UHGV virus genome: UHGV-0373904
Reading direction: 5' to 3' (one strand)
Length of the DNA: 64,000 nt
From: a virus
The number at the start of each line of letters is the position of its first letter. The first letter of the stretch is position 1. Shown here one piece after another: positions 1 to 10,173 of this stretch. The translations under genes and the position numbers were made by a program. A model generated the notes under the pieces. The model saw only the letters and a list, made by a program, of their open reading frames with translations. It was not told the origin of the DNA and made no database searches.

Positions 1-9
1 AGTAAAGCT

Positions 10-237
10 GTGAGTCATGTAGCAAAAGTTGACAGCAAGATTGAAGAACTTGAGCGCATTCTTGCAAATGCCAGAGAGTCAATAATTAAAGAGGTTGAAG
101 CTGTTGAATCTCAAATGCAGCACCTAATGCTTAAACGTCAAGAGCTACGTGAACATCTGGAATATATTGAAACACGAGAGCTAAAGGTTAACAGATATTT
201 TAAGGAGTCCAAATGTTTAACTCAAGAGAATCAGTAA
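10..237 (+). CDS. hypothetical protein (charged, helical)
   Basis: ORF track; GTG start; overlaps next gene start by 25 nt; no recognisable motif. Confidence 0.3.
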   Translation: MSHVAKVDSKIEELERILANARESIIKEVEAVESQMQHLMLKRQELREHLEYIETRELKVNRYFKESKCLTQENQ

Positions 238-968
238 AAAACTGGAATCTTCGTTGTGGAAACACTCAAAAGCAACCTTACAGTGATGAGTATTGGGAGT
301 CTTTGAAATCTCAATCTCTATGTATGCTTGAAGAAGCAAAAGAGCTTGTAAAAGCAATTGAAGAGAAAGACCCCATTGAGACACTGGATGCTCAGGCAGA
401 TTTGCAATATGTTCTTGACGGTCTGATTTATCTGTCACAGCATGACCACAATGGCGCTATGGAAGCCGTTTGCCATAATAATGACCTGAAGTACACAGAC
501 GACTATGAAGAAGCTTTAAAACGTCTTGCAGATATTGAGAAGCGTACTGGTCAAGAGTGTATCATCAGAATGTCAGTAGTTGATGGTAAAGAGTGGTATG
601 CAATTGTTCGCGCAGCCGATGGGAAGGTTATGAAGCAATCTAATCTCCCTAAAGTTCAGCTTGGTGAATACATTGTAGAACTTGAAAGCCAAGAACTTTT
701 TGTGGTAGTATCTGACACATGCGTTATCTGCAAAGGTATTGTATGTAGCTTAAAGGATTTGGGTGTAGATGGTTTTGTAGAAGTTAATCCAATTACCTCT
801 AAAGCAGATAAAGACTTCTGTAAAGAGAATGGACTATGGATTGCAGATATTGTCTACTATGATGGTGAGCAGTTCCATGTAACCTCATACCCGAAACTGA
901 ATTATGATGCTAATAACCTGAAGTGCTGGTTAAAAGGGGTTGGTTATAATGGATTCACAGAACATTAA
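213..968 (+). CDS. MazG-like nucleoside triphosphate pyrophosphohydrolase domain protein
   Basis: RBS taaggag upstream of ATG 213; N-terminal LEEAKELVKAIEE..DAQADLQYVLDGL resembles the all-alpha NTP-PPase metal-binding helix pair. Confidence 0.4.
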   Translation: MFNSRESVKNWNLRCGNTQKQPYSDEYWESLKSQSLCMLEEAKELVKAIEEKDPIETLDAQADLQYVLDGLIYLSQHDHNGAMEAVCHNNDLKYTDDYEEALKRLADIEKRTGQECIIRMSVVDGKEWYAIVRAADGKVMKQSNLPKVQLGEYIVELESQELFVVVSDTCVICKGIVCSLKDLGVDGFVEVNPITSKADKDFCKENGLWIADIVYYDGEQFHVTSYPKLNYDANNLKCWLKGVGYNGFTEH

Positions 969-1272
969 TAAAGAAGGTGTGGCTCAGAAGAGCCACTTCT
1001 CAAACTACAATATCTCTATGACGGTGTTTATGAATGACCCGTTACTTGAGAAGTATGGTGAGACTCCAGATACACTTCTGGATAATGAACAAGTTTTAAA
1101 AGCAGTCCTGTACAAATACGGGATTGATATTGAGAAAGAGTATTCTTTTGAAATCTGTCAACACAGGAATACTTTTGGTAAAGTTGTAATGGCTCCACTC
1201 TTCATGGGTGTAGAAAGAACTGACTATGGTTGGTTATATCTAAAAAGAAACTTGGAGAAATACCGTGTCTAA
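949..1272 (+). CDS. hypothetical protein
   Basis: ORF track (track start 940 is TTG; first ATG at 949 follows a G-rich RBS). Confidence 0.35.
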   Translation: MDSQNINKEGVAQKSHFSNYNISMTVFMNDPLLEKYGETPDTLLDNEQVLKAVLYKYGIDIEKEYSFEICQHRNTFGKVVMAPLFMGVERTDYGWLYLKRNLEKYRV

Positions 1273-1600
1273 AGCAAAAAAGCTATCTTATGATGACATT
1301 ATCTCAGGTGCTAAATTAGGTGTTGATAGTATCGGACAAGATGTTAAGCACGGAGACACAGTTATGTACTGTGACGACAGAAGAGGCAGAAGTGCAATCT
1401 TGTTTGGAAGAATTGTTTGCAAGATGCGAGGCAATTACGTTGTTGCAGACATGGATGTGAATGTCACACAAAAACTTGAAACAATTATGGATGCTAGTAC
1501 ACCGTCATGGTTCCTAAATTGTATGCACGCCTCTTCAGTCACAAAAGTAAGTGATAAGTTTTACGATATGTGGCAGAATGAGCAAATTTTCAAGATTTAA
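1265..1600 (+). CDS. hypothetical protein
   Basis: ORF track; GTG start overlapping upstream stop; followed by terminator. Confidence 0.3.
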   Translation: MSKAKKLSYDDIISGAKLGVDSIGQDVKHGDTVMYCDDRRGRSAILFGRIVCKMRGNYVVADMDVNVTQKLETIMDASTPSWFLNCMHASSVTKVSDKFYDMWQNEQIFKI

Positions 1601-1604
1601 ACTA

Positions 1605-1629
1605 GGGAGCCTCTTCGGAGGCTCTTTTC
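1605..1629 (+). terminator. intrinsic terminator candidate
   Basis: hairpin GGGAGCCTCTTCGGAGGCTC followed by TTTT. Confidence 0.6.
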
Positions 1630-1646
1630 ATCTGTAGGATTCAAAA

Positions 1647-3881
1647 ATGATTAAGACAATTAAAAAATCAAACGGTACAGTAGTAAGCTTTGACCCAGAA
1701 AGACTGAATAAGTGGGCATCATGGGCAGATAAGCGCGGAATCATCTGGTCAGAAGTCACTATGGAAGCCATGAAACGTGTCTATGAAGGTTGCACTACAA
1801 AAGAGATGCACCAAGCCATGATTGATGTTTGTGTTGATAAACAAACTCAAGAGTACTCAGATATGGCTGGACGGCTACTTCTGGGAATTATCTACAAAGA
1901 AGCCTTTGGAGGTTTTACTAAGGTTCCTACGCTGGTTACCTTCGTTAAAAATATGGAGAGAGCAGGACTTTGGGAGAAGATGGACTATTCTCAGGAAGAG
2001 CTTGAATACCTGCAAGGGTACATTGTGCACTCAAAAGATATCTCTTATGGTTATGCAGTCCTGAAACAGTTCAGAGACAAGTATGGTATCCGTGATATTA
2101 AAACGGGAAGACTTTTTGAGTCACCACAATTTATGTTTATGGGTATGGCTATGAAAGCCTTTGAGAAGCAACCAAAGCACCGTAGACTGCAAGATGTTAT
2201 CAAGCTGTACACTTACCTATCTGACCTGAAGATTAACGCTCCTACTCCTTACCTGAATGGTTTAAGAGCCACTAAATCAGGTTATGCGTCATGCTGTTTG
2301 ATTAAGGCGAATGATACCGCTGAATCTCTCGGTATTGCTGCAAAGGTTGCTTATGATATGACTACAAAGCAAGCTGGTATCGGGATGCTGATGGAGACTC
2401 GCACTATTGGTGATGGTATCCGTCAAAATACTATTGAACACATGGGTAAGCTACCTTATTACAAGCTTGTACGTTCATCTGTAGAGGCAAACAAACAGAA
2501 GAGTCGTGGTGGTTCAGCTAACAACTTCTATACTGCTCTAGACCCGCAGATTGAAGATTTACTGCGTTTGAAGCACCCTACAACGGTTCCTTCGAAACGT
2601 ATTAACGAGATGGACTACTCATTTGGTACAAATGATTATTTCTGGCAGTGTGTTCAATATGATACAGACTGGTTGCTATTCTCTTACAAGGATGCACCAA
2701 AACTCTATGACATGTTCTACACAGCATCTGCTGATGAGTTTGCTATGGCAGTTGGTCACGCAGTGCATTCAGGAGTTAAGCACAGACGAGTAAAGGCTCG
2801 TGAAATTGCCAAGCTGTTTATTCAACAGCGTTATGCTACAGGTCGTGTGTATCCATTCTTCACTAACAATGCGAACACACATACACCATTTAAAGAACCA
2901 TTGAAGATGTCAAATCTTTGTATGGAAATTGTGTTGCCAGTGTATGGTTTTGAGAAAGAGACAGACCTTTACAGAGACGATGCTGTGAAAGAGGATGGTG
3001 AGGTGGCTCTTTGCTTCCTAGCTAGTTTGGTTGCAGGGAGAATTTCAGAAGATGAATACGCTGACGTTGCTTATTATGCTCTTGCAATGGTTGACTCCGT
3101 TATTGACCTTATGGATTATCCGTATCCGTCGATGCGTAACCATGTTCAGAAGCGTCGTTCTGTTGGGATTGGCCTTACAAATGTGGCTCATTACCTTGCG
3201 AAGAACTACGTGAACTACTCTTCACGAGCAGGTAAAACGAAACTTCATGAACTGGCAGAGATGCACTCTTACTATCTGCATGAAGCCTCTCTGAGACTTG
3301 CTAAAGAGCGTGGCGTTCCAGAATACATGAAGTTCACTAAGTATCCTGAAGGCTGGGTTCCTCCAAAGACAGCTAACAAGAAGATTGATGAAAAGCATGA
3401 TGCAAAACTACGATATGATTGGGATGACTTAGCACAACGTATCAAAGAAAATGGTGGAATCCGAAACTCTGTATTAGAAGCTTACATGCCTAATGAGAGT
3501 TCTTCACTGGCAACCAATACGACAAATGGCTTGTATCCAATTCGTGACTTTATTTTAACTAAAAAGTCTGCAACTGGTAACGTACTGTTTATTGTTCCAG
3601 ATTATGAAGAGTTGAAGTATGTATATGAAATTGCTTGGGGTATTGACACCTTTGATATGATTGATTGTTATGCAATTGTTCAAAAGTTCACTGGTCAAGC
3701 TATCTCTTCAGACTTCTATGTTGACTATGCAAAGTCTAAGAAGGTATCATTGGCTCAAGCTCTGAAGTACATGATTTATGCCAACTCGGTAGGTATGAAA
3801 ACCATGTACTATCTGAACAGCCGTATCGGTGTAGGTAAATCTGCACTGCAAGATGCTTATTGCGAGGGTTGTGGTGTTTAG
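1647..3881 (+). CDS. nrdA: ribonucleoside-diphosphate reductase alpha subunit (class Ia)
   Basis: 744 aa; N-terminal ATP-cone-like region; active-site NLCMEI motif; C-terminal CEGCG cysteine pair. Confidence 0.9.
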   Translation: MIKTIKKSNGTVVSFDPERLNKWASWADKRGIIWSEVTMEAMKRVYEGCTTKEMHQAMIDVCVDKQTQEYSDMAGRLLLGIIYKEAFGGFTKVPTLVTFVKNMERAGLWEKMDYSQEELEYLQGYIVHSKDISYGYAVLKQFRDKYGIRDIKTGRLFESPQFMFMGMAMKAFEKQPKHRRLQDVIKLYTYLSDLKINAPTPYLNGLRATKSGYASCCLIKANDTAESLGIAAKVAYDMTTKQAGIGMLMETRTIGDGIRQNTIEHMGKLPYYKLVRSSVEANKQKSRGGSANNFYTALDPQIEDLLRLKHPTTVPSKRINEMDYSFGTNDYFWQCVQYDTDWLLFSYKDAPKLYDMFYTASADEFAMAVGHAVHSGVKHRRVKAREIAKLFIQQRYATGRVYPFFTNNANTHTPFKEPLKMSNLCMEIVLPVYGFEKETDLYRDDAVKEDGEVALCFLASLVAGRISEDEYADVAYYALAMVDSVIDLMDYPYPSMRNHVQKRRSVGIGLTNVAHYLAKNYVNYSSRAGKTKLHELAEMHSYYLHEASLRLAKERGVPEYMKFTKYPEGWVPPKTANKKIDEKHDAKLRYDWDDLAQRIKENGGIRNSVLEAYMPNESSSLATNTTNGLYPIRDFILTKKSATGNVLFIVPDYEELKYVYEIAWGIDTFDMIDCYAIVQKFTGQAISSDFYVDYAKSKKVSLAQALKYMIYANSVGMKTMYYLNSRIGVGKSALQDAYCEGCGV

Positions 3882-3936
3882 TTTTAACAACTATGAGGGT
3901 CGTAAAAGACCCTCTAAAAATAACTTTGGAGAGAGT

Positions 3937-4194
3937 ATGAAGGACTTAATAGCAAATCATGAGTGGCCAATTTATCTGCTCTACAAACCTCGGAAAACGT
4001 TGTACTATGTAAGTAGTACAGATATGATGATAAAACAAAATGATGACTCATGGGTCGATGGTGTGTCATACATCTCTACAGCAGATGGTAAAATCTATGC
4101 AAGACCATATGAGATGTTCAATGAAGAAAATTGGGAAGTTCTAGACCGAAAACAAGCCTTAGAAATGATAAAGAAAGGAGAAATCACACTATGA
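3937..4194 (+). CDS. hypothetical protein
   Basis: ORF track frame; start moved to ATG 3937 after RBS ggagagag; 3' end overlaps nrdB start. Confidence 0.4.
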   Translation: MKDLIANHEWPIYLLYKPRKTLYYVSSTDMMIKQNDDSWVDGVSYISTADGKIYARPYEMFNEENWEVLDRKQALEMIKKGEITL

Positions 4195-5264
4195 TTAACC
4201 AACACCCAATCTTTTTAGGTGGTGAGAGAAAGACATTTGACTCACTTAATAAACACTACCCAAAAATCTTTGAGCTTTATAAACAACAAAAAGCACAAGA
4301 TTGGTCAGAAGATGAGTTCCCTTTTGAACAATCACGTCTTGATTTTGAGAGTGTCCCAGCATCAATGTCAGGTGTAATGCTTGAGATTCTTAAGTGGCAG
4401 TGGGAAGCAGATACCCAAGTTGCTAAGAGCTTGGCATTCGCCTTTGCACCATTCATCTCTGATGACATCTATGCAACTGCAATTATGAAGCAGTCTGAGA
4501 TTGAAAACCTACATGCTCTTACTTACTCAGAGATTGTAAGGCAATGTATTAAAAACCCTGAAACAATCTTAGATGAGATTAACCAGAATGTTGCTGTGCA
4601 AGACCGATTAAAAACTGTGAATCGTGTTCTTGAAGAATTACTGGATGAAGGCATAAACTATCGTCTCAGTTATGTGCGTGACTCACTTCTGGACAAAGAC
4701 CCATTACACTTCCATAAAGTGATTCTAAAAGGTCTATTTGCAGTGACTGCACTTGAAGGTATTTCCTTCATGGCATCCTTTGCATGTACCTTTGCACTTG
4801 ATGCTCAGGATAAATTTCAGGGTATTGCTCAAGCTGTCCAGAAAATTATGCTTGATGAAATCCTTCACACCAAGATTGATATTGAAGTTTTAAAAGAAAC
4901 TTTAAGAGATGATGAGTGGCAGAAAGCTTTTCAACAAATTCTTCCAGAGATTAAAGTAATCTTAGATGAAGTAGTTGAAAGTGAAGAGAAATGGTCGTAT
5001 TATATCTTCTCCGAAGGACGTGCTGTAGTTGGCTTAAATACAAAACTTCTTCATGAGTGGGTTTACTATAATGCTGCCCCACTGTATGATATGTTTGGCA
5101 TTCCCAGAGATTTTGTAGCTCCTAAAGAACCACCTTTGAAGTATATGATTAAGAAGATGGAAATTGATAAAGAGCAGAATGCTAATCAGGAGCAACAGAA
5201 CGGTGCGTACCTGTTGAATACTGTTGTAGATGATTTGAATAGTGGATTTTTAGAGGTTCCTTAA
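4191..5264 (+). CDS. nrdB: ribonucleoside-diphosphate reductase beta subunit
   Basis: directly downstream of nrdA; start set to ATG 4191 with aaggag RBS; ~357 aa acidic helical protein typical of R2. Confidence 0.85.
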   Translation: MINQHPIFLGGERKTFDSLNKHYPKIFELYKQQKAQDWSEDEFPFEQSRLDFESVPASMSGVMLEILKWQWEADTQVAKSLAFAFAPFISDDIYATAIMKQSEIENLHALTYSEIVRQCIKNPETILDEINQNVAVQDRLKTVNRVLEELLDEGINYRLSYVRDSLLDKDPLHFHKVILKGLFAVTALEGISFMASFACTFALDAQDKFQGIAQAVQKIMLDEILHTKIDIEVLKETLRDDEWQKAFQQILPEIKVILDEVVESEEKWSYYIFSEGRAVVGLNTKLLHEWVYYNAAPLYDMFGIPRDFVAPKEPPLKYMIKKMEIDKEQNANQEQQNGAYLLNTVVDDLNSGFLEVP

Positions 5265-5506
5265 TGACTTATGTGATTTACTCCAAAACTGGATGCCCTC
5301 AGTGTGAGACTGCAAAGAATTTTGCAAAAGCTCGTGGTATTGACCATGTTGTGAGAATGTTAGGGCAGGACTATGAACTGTCAGACCTGATGGATATTGC
5401 ACAGATGCCAGTTCGTCAGATGCCATTCATCATGAAAACTGATGGACAAAACCTAAAACCTGTTGGGACGCTACAGAATTTTATGGCAGAGGTGAATAAT
5501 GCTTAA
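5264..5506 (+). CDS. glutaredoxin/NrdH-like redoxin
   Basis: 80 aa; CPQC redox motif near N-terminus; start overlaps nrdB stop (TAATG). Confidence 0.7.
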   Translation: MTYVIYSKTGCPQCETAKNFAKARGIDHVVRMLGQDYELSDLMDIAQMPVRQMPFIMKTDGQNLKPVGTLQNFMAEVNNA

Positions 5507-5705
5507 ACGCATTTGGGAAGGTTTGGTTGTCGATGCACCAGCTATTGTGATTGGTATGCTGATTGTTAACCTATTTACTGATTTTGAACAAGGTTCATTG
5601 TTTGGGGCCATGTTACTATGGGTTATCTTTGAAATATTAGAGATACAGCTAGGCATCACTGAAAAACTGAGAAAACTCGTTTCTAAGTTTTCTAAAAAGA
5701 TTTAA
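5499..5705 (+). CDS. small membrane protein
   Basis: 68 aa, two hydrophobic segments; overlaps upstream stop. Confidence 0.35.
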   Translation: MLKRIWEGLVVDAPAIVIGMLIVNLFTDFEQGSLFGAMLLWVIFEILEIQLGITEKLRKLVSKFSKKI

Positions 5706-5709
5706 AATG

Positions 5710-5735
5710 AAAGGGTCTCTTCGGAGACCTTTTTA
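5710..5735 (+). terminator. intrinsic terminator candidate
   Basis: hairpin AAGGGTCTCTTCGGAGACCTTT followed by T-run. Confidence 0.6.
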
Positions 5736-5753
5736 GCATGTAAAGGGGCAATA

Positions 5754-7898
5754 ATGAACAAAGTACAGATTATTAAAAAGAATGGCTCACTTGAAGAACC
5801 TGATATCAAAAAAGTTTTAGCAGCAGTCACAAAGTCAGCTAACAGAGTTGGTTATAAAGAGCTTCCACCAGATGTTACTCAAGCTCTTGAGTCAGCATTT
5901 ATGAGGATTCTGGTAAAGTCCACCAAGCAGAATAATTTGCTAATTTCGGTAAATGATATTCACAGTATTGTTGAGGGTGCTTTGGCAGAAGTCAATCACG
6001 AGATTTATGAGTCTTACTCAACATATAGAAATTACCGTAAAGAGGTTGCTCAAAATTGGGATGAACTCTACCAGAAGACTAAAGATACACTCTTCTTAGG
6101 TGACCGTGAAAATGCTAACTTTGACAGCAGTTTAATTTCTACGAAAGGTTCAATTATCCGTGGTTACCTGACTAAAGAAATCTTTAAACAGTATCATCTA
6201 ACACCAGAGGAACTTGAAGCCATTGAGAAAGGCTTTGTCTATATCCATGATTTAAGAGACCTGATTTTTGGTGGTATTAACTGTTGCCTGTTTGACATTG
6301 GTAAAGTCCTGAAAGGTGGCTTTGAAATGTCCGGCATTGAGTACTGTGAACCTAAATCTGTACTGTCAGCGTTGCAGGTTATTGGTGACGTAGTACTTTC
6401 AGCAACTGCACAGCAATTTGGTGGTTTTACTTTAGCAGAGATTGATAAGGTACTTGTACCGTATGCTAAGAAGTCTCTACGCTATCATGCTGAGAAAGCA
6501 TCATCTTATGGTATTCCTAAAGAGCATTACCACAATTATGTAATGGAGCAGTTACAAATTGAATTAACTCAAGGTTTTCAGTCACTTGAAATGAAACTGA
6601 ACACTGTACCTTGTAGCCGTGGTGATTTCGCATTCACAACTTTAACATTTGGTTTACTTGACTCAGACATGTCTAATGAAGACAACCGGCTACAATACAT
6701 GATTGCAAACACCATTCTTGATGTTCGCATGAATGGACAAGGTAAGAGTAAGAAGCCTGTTGTATTCCCTAAACTGGTTTATATTCATGACCAGAAGAGA
6801 CACGATGAGAATATCTGTCAAGGCCAACTGTACAGTAAAGCTATTGAGTGTTGCTCTAAAGCAATGTATCCAGATTTCTTAAGCGTATCTGGTCATGGTG
6901 CTGTAGCAGAGGCTTTTGAGCGTTCTGGCAAGGTAATTTCACCGATGGGTTGCAGAGCTTTCTTATCCCCATATCTTAACGAGAATGGAGAAGAGTTCTA
7001 CGTTGGTCGTGCTAACATTGGTGCTGTGTCTTTGAACTTACCAATGATTTACCAGTATTCTAAAGAGAATGGTTTAGATTTCTGGAAAGAGCTTGACAAG
7101 TACCTAGAGATGATTCGCAGCTTCCACAAGAAACGCTACGAAATGATTGCTAATATGCCAGCAAGCTCTAACCCTCTTGCATTCACACAAGGTGGTCTGT
7201 ACAAAGGGACCAAGAAACCTACTGACAAGGTTGGTTGGGATATCGTGAAGTCTTTCACAGCTTCTTTTGGGGTTACTGCGCTTGATGAGTTATCTGTTCT
7301 TGCTGAAGGTAAACGGCTGCATGAAGTTGGGAGCTATAGTTTTGCATACGATGTTCTGGCATACATTAACATGAAAACTGAAGAGTTTAAAAATGAAGAT
7401 GGCTTCTTATATGCTGTCTATGGTACTCCAGCAGAATCACTTTGTGGAACTCAGCTAAAACAGTTCAGAGAAATGTTTGGTGTTATCAAAGGTGTTTCTG
7501 ACAAGGAATACTTTACAAACAGTTTCCATATGAATGTTGCAGCAGACATCTCACCATTTGAGAAGCAGGACTTAGAAGAGCCATTCTTCCATATCTGTAG
7601 AGGTGGCAGAATCCAGTATGTCAGGGTAGCTAACCCAGAAAACTTACCAGCACTTAAAAGCTGTATTACCAGAGGGATGTTGAAAGGTTTCTATCAGGGA
7701 CTTAACTTTGACTTAGCAATCTGTGAACATTGTGGTAACAGACCAAAATCAGATGTTGAAGAGTGTGAAGTTTGTCACTCACATGATATCTCTGTGATTA
7801 ACAGGGTGTGTGGTTATCTTGGATGGACTAAGATTAAAGGTGAATCACGAATGAATGATGCAAAAATCGCTGAGATTCGTGACAGAGTTTCTATGTAA
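5754..7898 (+). CDS. nrdD: anaerobic ribonucleoside-triphosphate reductase (class III)
   Basis: 714 aa; ATP-cone-like N-terminus; C-terminal Cys4 zinc ribbon CEHCG..CEVC and glycyl-radical motif RVCGYL. Confidence 0.9.
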   Translation: MNKVQIIKKNGSLEEPDIKKVLAAVTKSANRVGYKELPPDVTQALESAFMRILVKSTKQNNLLISVNDIHSIVEGALAEVNHEIYESYSTYRNYRKEVAQNWDELYQKTKDTLFLGDRENANFDSSLISTKGSIIRGYLTKEIFKQYHLTPEELEAIEKGFVYIHDLRDLIFGGINCCLFDIGKVLKGGFEMSGIEYCEPKSVLSALQVIGDVVLSATAQQFGGFTLAEIDKVLVPYAKKSLRYHAEKASSYGIPKEHYHNYVMEQLQIELTQGFQSLEMKLNTVPCSRGDFAFTTLTFGLLDSDMSNEDNRLQYMIANTILDVRMNGQGKSKKPVVFPKLVYIHDQKRHDENICQGQLYSKAIECCSKAMYPDFLSVSGHGAVAEAFERSGKVISPMGCRAFLSPYLNENGEEFYVGRANIGAVSLNLPMIYQYSKENGLDFWKELDKYLEMIRSFHKKRYEMIANMPASSNPLAFTQGGLYKGTKKPTDKVGWDIVKSFTASFGVTALDELSVLAEGKRLHEVGSYSFAYDVLAYINMKTEEFKNEDGFLYAVYGTPAESLCGTQLKQFREMFGVIKGVSDKEYFTNSFHMNVAADISPFEKQDLEEPFFHICRGGRIQYVRVANPENLPALKSCITRGMLKGFYQGLNFDLAICEHCGNRPKSDVEECEVCHSHDISVINRVCGYLGWTKIKGESRMNDAKIAEIRDRVSM

Positions 7899-7910
7899 AA
7901 CTTGACATGG

Positions 7911-7946
7911 TGGTGTGAGTCTTGATAGGCTTACATCACCTTTTTT
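7911..7946 (+). terminator. intrinsic terminator candidate
   Basis: imperfect hairpin GGTGGTGTGAG..CTTACATCACC followed by TTTTTT. Confidence 0.45.
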
Positions 7947-8052
7947 ATTGGATGTTAGATATGGCAGAGAGTATTATTGGGTTGTTCATAGGTTCTGTCT
8001 TACTAGGGTTCTTTTTAGGACTCTCTTATTGTGAATTAAGAGGCAAGTTAAA

Positions 8053-8253
8053 ATGTTTAAAATATCAAAAGCGTTGATATACATTCTCCACATTCTAATC
8101 TTCTTCTTTGGGGTTAGTGTTATGGTATGGGGTTTTTCAGACCCACAATGGAGTTTCGCATATCAGGGTCAGATGGATTTATGGTCATGCTTCAAACCAT
8201 TTTTAGGGTTAGTCATAGCATTCAGTGCATTGCCAACTAAGGTGAAATTATGA
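8053..8253 (+). CDS. small membrane protein
   Basis: 66 aa; hydrophobic segments. Confidence 0.35.
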   Translation: MFKISKALIYILHILIFFFGVSVMVWGFSDPQWSFAYQGQMDLWSCFKPFLGLVIAFSALPTKVKL

Positions 8254-8645
8254 TTAAGTTGAACAAAAAACAGTTAGAGTGGATTAAAGATTATGCCTCA
8301 GAGTGTGGCTCTTGCGAAAAGAATCACGTAAGATATTCAACATTCCATACGACCTTCACATTGTACCTCAGCGACAACGTTCTAAGTGATTCCGTAGAAG
8401 ATGGTGTAGCGTTACCTAATGAATTGCTTGACAAATTAGCTGTAGTCTCTGGAACTTGGTCTGAAGAAGACGGTCATGAATTATCTAACGATGTTGTCTT
8501 CTACACTCTTGAAAACATTATGAATCCAGAGTACATTATACTAATGACTTGTGCACAAGATTGTGTGCCATTACAAAACTTCATTAAAGAACACTGCGAA
8601 GAATTTATTACTAAACAGGTTCCTTGTCAGGTGGTGTTTGAATGA
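8250..8645 (+). CDS. hypothetical protein
   Basis: ORF track; ATGA overlap with upstream gene. Confidence 0.4.
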   Translation: MIKLNKKQLEWIKDYASECGSCEKNHVRYSTFHTTFTLYLSDNVLSDSVEDGVALPNELLDKLAVVSGTWSEEDGHELSNDVVFYTLENIMNPEYIILMTCAQDCVPLQNFIKEHCEEFITKQVPCQVVFE

Positions 8646-8941
8646 GTAAAACAATTCGAAGAAAAGGTTTAAAGAACGTTCATGGACTCTATGAGTGGAG
8701 AAATGAGGTACGTAACAGAGAAAATGCTTCAGATGTCTACTTCCATTCTGATATGATGTCCAGAAAAGGTGGCTCTTACGACTTCACAAGCCAGCCTTGT
8801 AGAGAGATTAAGAAGGCCACTAAACGTCTTACAAGAACACAAATAAGGCAGCTTTCTAAGACATCCTTCTTAGATGAAGATTTTGATATTGATAGCAAGT
8901 CTCCAAAGAAAGCCGCTAAGAACACTTATATGTATTGGTGA
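8642..8941 (+). CDS. hypothetical protein
   Basis: ORF track; ATGA overlap with upstream gene. Confidence 0.4.
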   Translation: MSKTIRRKGLKNVHGLYEWRNEVRNRENASDVYFHSDMMSRKGGSYDFTSQPCREIKKATKRLTRTQIRQLSKTSFLDEDFDIDSKSPKKAAKNTYMYW

Positions 8942-8950
8942 GGTAACTAG

Positions 8951-9436
8951 ATGAATTACATGGAGATTCGACCATTTGACACAGCTAATGGTGAAGGGGT
9001 TCGTGTAAGCCTCTTCGTAGCTGGTTGTAAGCATCACTGTGAAGGTTGCTTTAATAAGGAATCTTGGAAGTTTAATGCTGGTAAAGAGTTCACTTATGCA
9101 AACCTTTATGGCATCATTAAGTTAATGGATGATAATGCCATCAGTGGGCTGTCAATACTTGGTGGAGAACCTCTGGATGATAGAAACATTCAAGAGGTTA
9201 CCAACATATGCAAACGTATTAAAACCGTTTACCCAGAAAAATCTATCTGGCTCTGGACAGGTTTTCAGTTACATGAAAAAATTCACCTTGATGTGATGAA
9301 ATATGTTGACGTGGTGATTGATGGTAAGTATGATTCATCTAAACCAACAGTTAAACCGTATCGTGGTTCAGATAACCAAAACCTCTGGAGAAAAGAGTAC
9401 GGATGGCAAGGTGATTGTCAGTGGAGAGCAGAGTGA
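8951..9436 (+). CDS. nrdG: anaerobic ribonucleotide reductase activating protein (radical SAM)
   Basis: 161 aa; CKHHCEGC (CxxxCxxC) radical-SAM cluster motif; linked to nrdD. Confidence 0.8.
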   Translation: MNYMEIRPFDTANGEGVRVSLFVAGCKHHCEGCFNKESWKFNAGKEFTYANLYGIIKLMDDNAISGLSILGGEPLDDRNIQEVTNICKRIKTVYPEKSIWLWTGFQLHEKIHLDVMKYVDVVIDGKYDSSKPTVKPYRGSDNQNLWRKEYGWQGDCQWRAE

Positions 9437-9532
9437 TTATTCTGGCAAATGGACTAAGGTATAACTCCAATTGGTATCACTGAAGAAGAACTTCATAAGT
9501 TCTGTATTAAACTTTAATGAGAGAGACTAAAA

Positions 9533-9799
9533 ATGGGAATTTTAGGTAATATGAAAGCTGGATTCTTGAAGGCACTGGAAAAAGCAGCAGCAATTGTTTC
9601 TATGACTGGAAAGCAGGTCGGTGTAGATGCTTCAGCGGTTGCACAGGTTCTTGCAAGCCAAATTGAACAGCAGCCTTACATCTACGTAGGACGTGGTAAA
9701 GGTGGTAAGAAACAAGCCCACCGCCAATCTGGTGCAGCAGCTATTAAACGAGCAGCTAAGAAAGCTCGTAACCGTAAACGTAACAAGAAGGTTAAATAA
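9533..9799 (+). CDS. hypothetical protein, basic C-terminus
   Basis: ORF track; Lys/Arg-rich tail KKARNRKRNKKVK. Confidence 0.4.
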   Translation: MGILGNMKAGFLKALEKAAAIVSMTGKQVGVDASAVAQVLASQIEQQPYIYVGRGKGGKKQAHRQSGAAAIKRAAKKARNRKRNKKVK

Positions 9800-9801
9800 C
9801 C

Positions 9802-10122
9802 ATGAGCAAAGTTTATAACACTCGTAAATTACAGATTTTCGTACTGTGCCAGTTTATGGCTAAAGAATACAACTTCTACTATTGTGGTACAGGTTTTATT
9901 AGCGATGATGATGGCTCATACCTCCCATTCAAAGAAGCTGTAAAACTCTTTAATGAAGAGAAAAGCTCTAAGAAAGATATTGAAAAGGTTAAGCTAACCT
10001 ACAGCAAGAAAGATAAGAAGATTATCTGCCTAGATAACTTTGTGAAAGTTACTGGAGAAGCAAAAGAGTTTATGGATGAGAGTGATATTTCATTCACAAG
10101 CATCTTGAAAGTAGCTCAGTAA
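9802..10122 (+). CDS. hypothetical protein
   Basis: ORF track. Confidence 0.4.
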   Translation: MSKVYNTRKLQIFVLCQFMAKEYNFYYCGTGFISDDDGSYLPFKEAVKLFNEEKSSKKDIEKVKLTYSKKDKKIICLDNFVKVTGEAKEFMDESDISFTSILKVAQ

Positions 10123-10173
10123 ACAGATACTATAAGGGGACTGTAAAGGTTCCCTTTTTATTTTGGAGGTAAA

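Noticed and set aside
3895-3914. Hairpin GAGGGTCGTAAAAGACCCTC after nrdA as an intrinsic terminator
   Set aside because: Followed by TAAAAA rather than a T-run and sits within the upstream part of the next ORF; more likely an RNA stability or processing hairpin.
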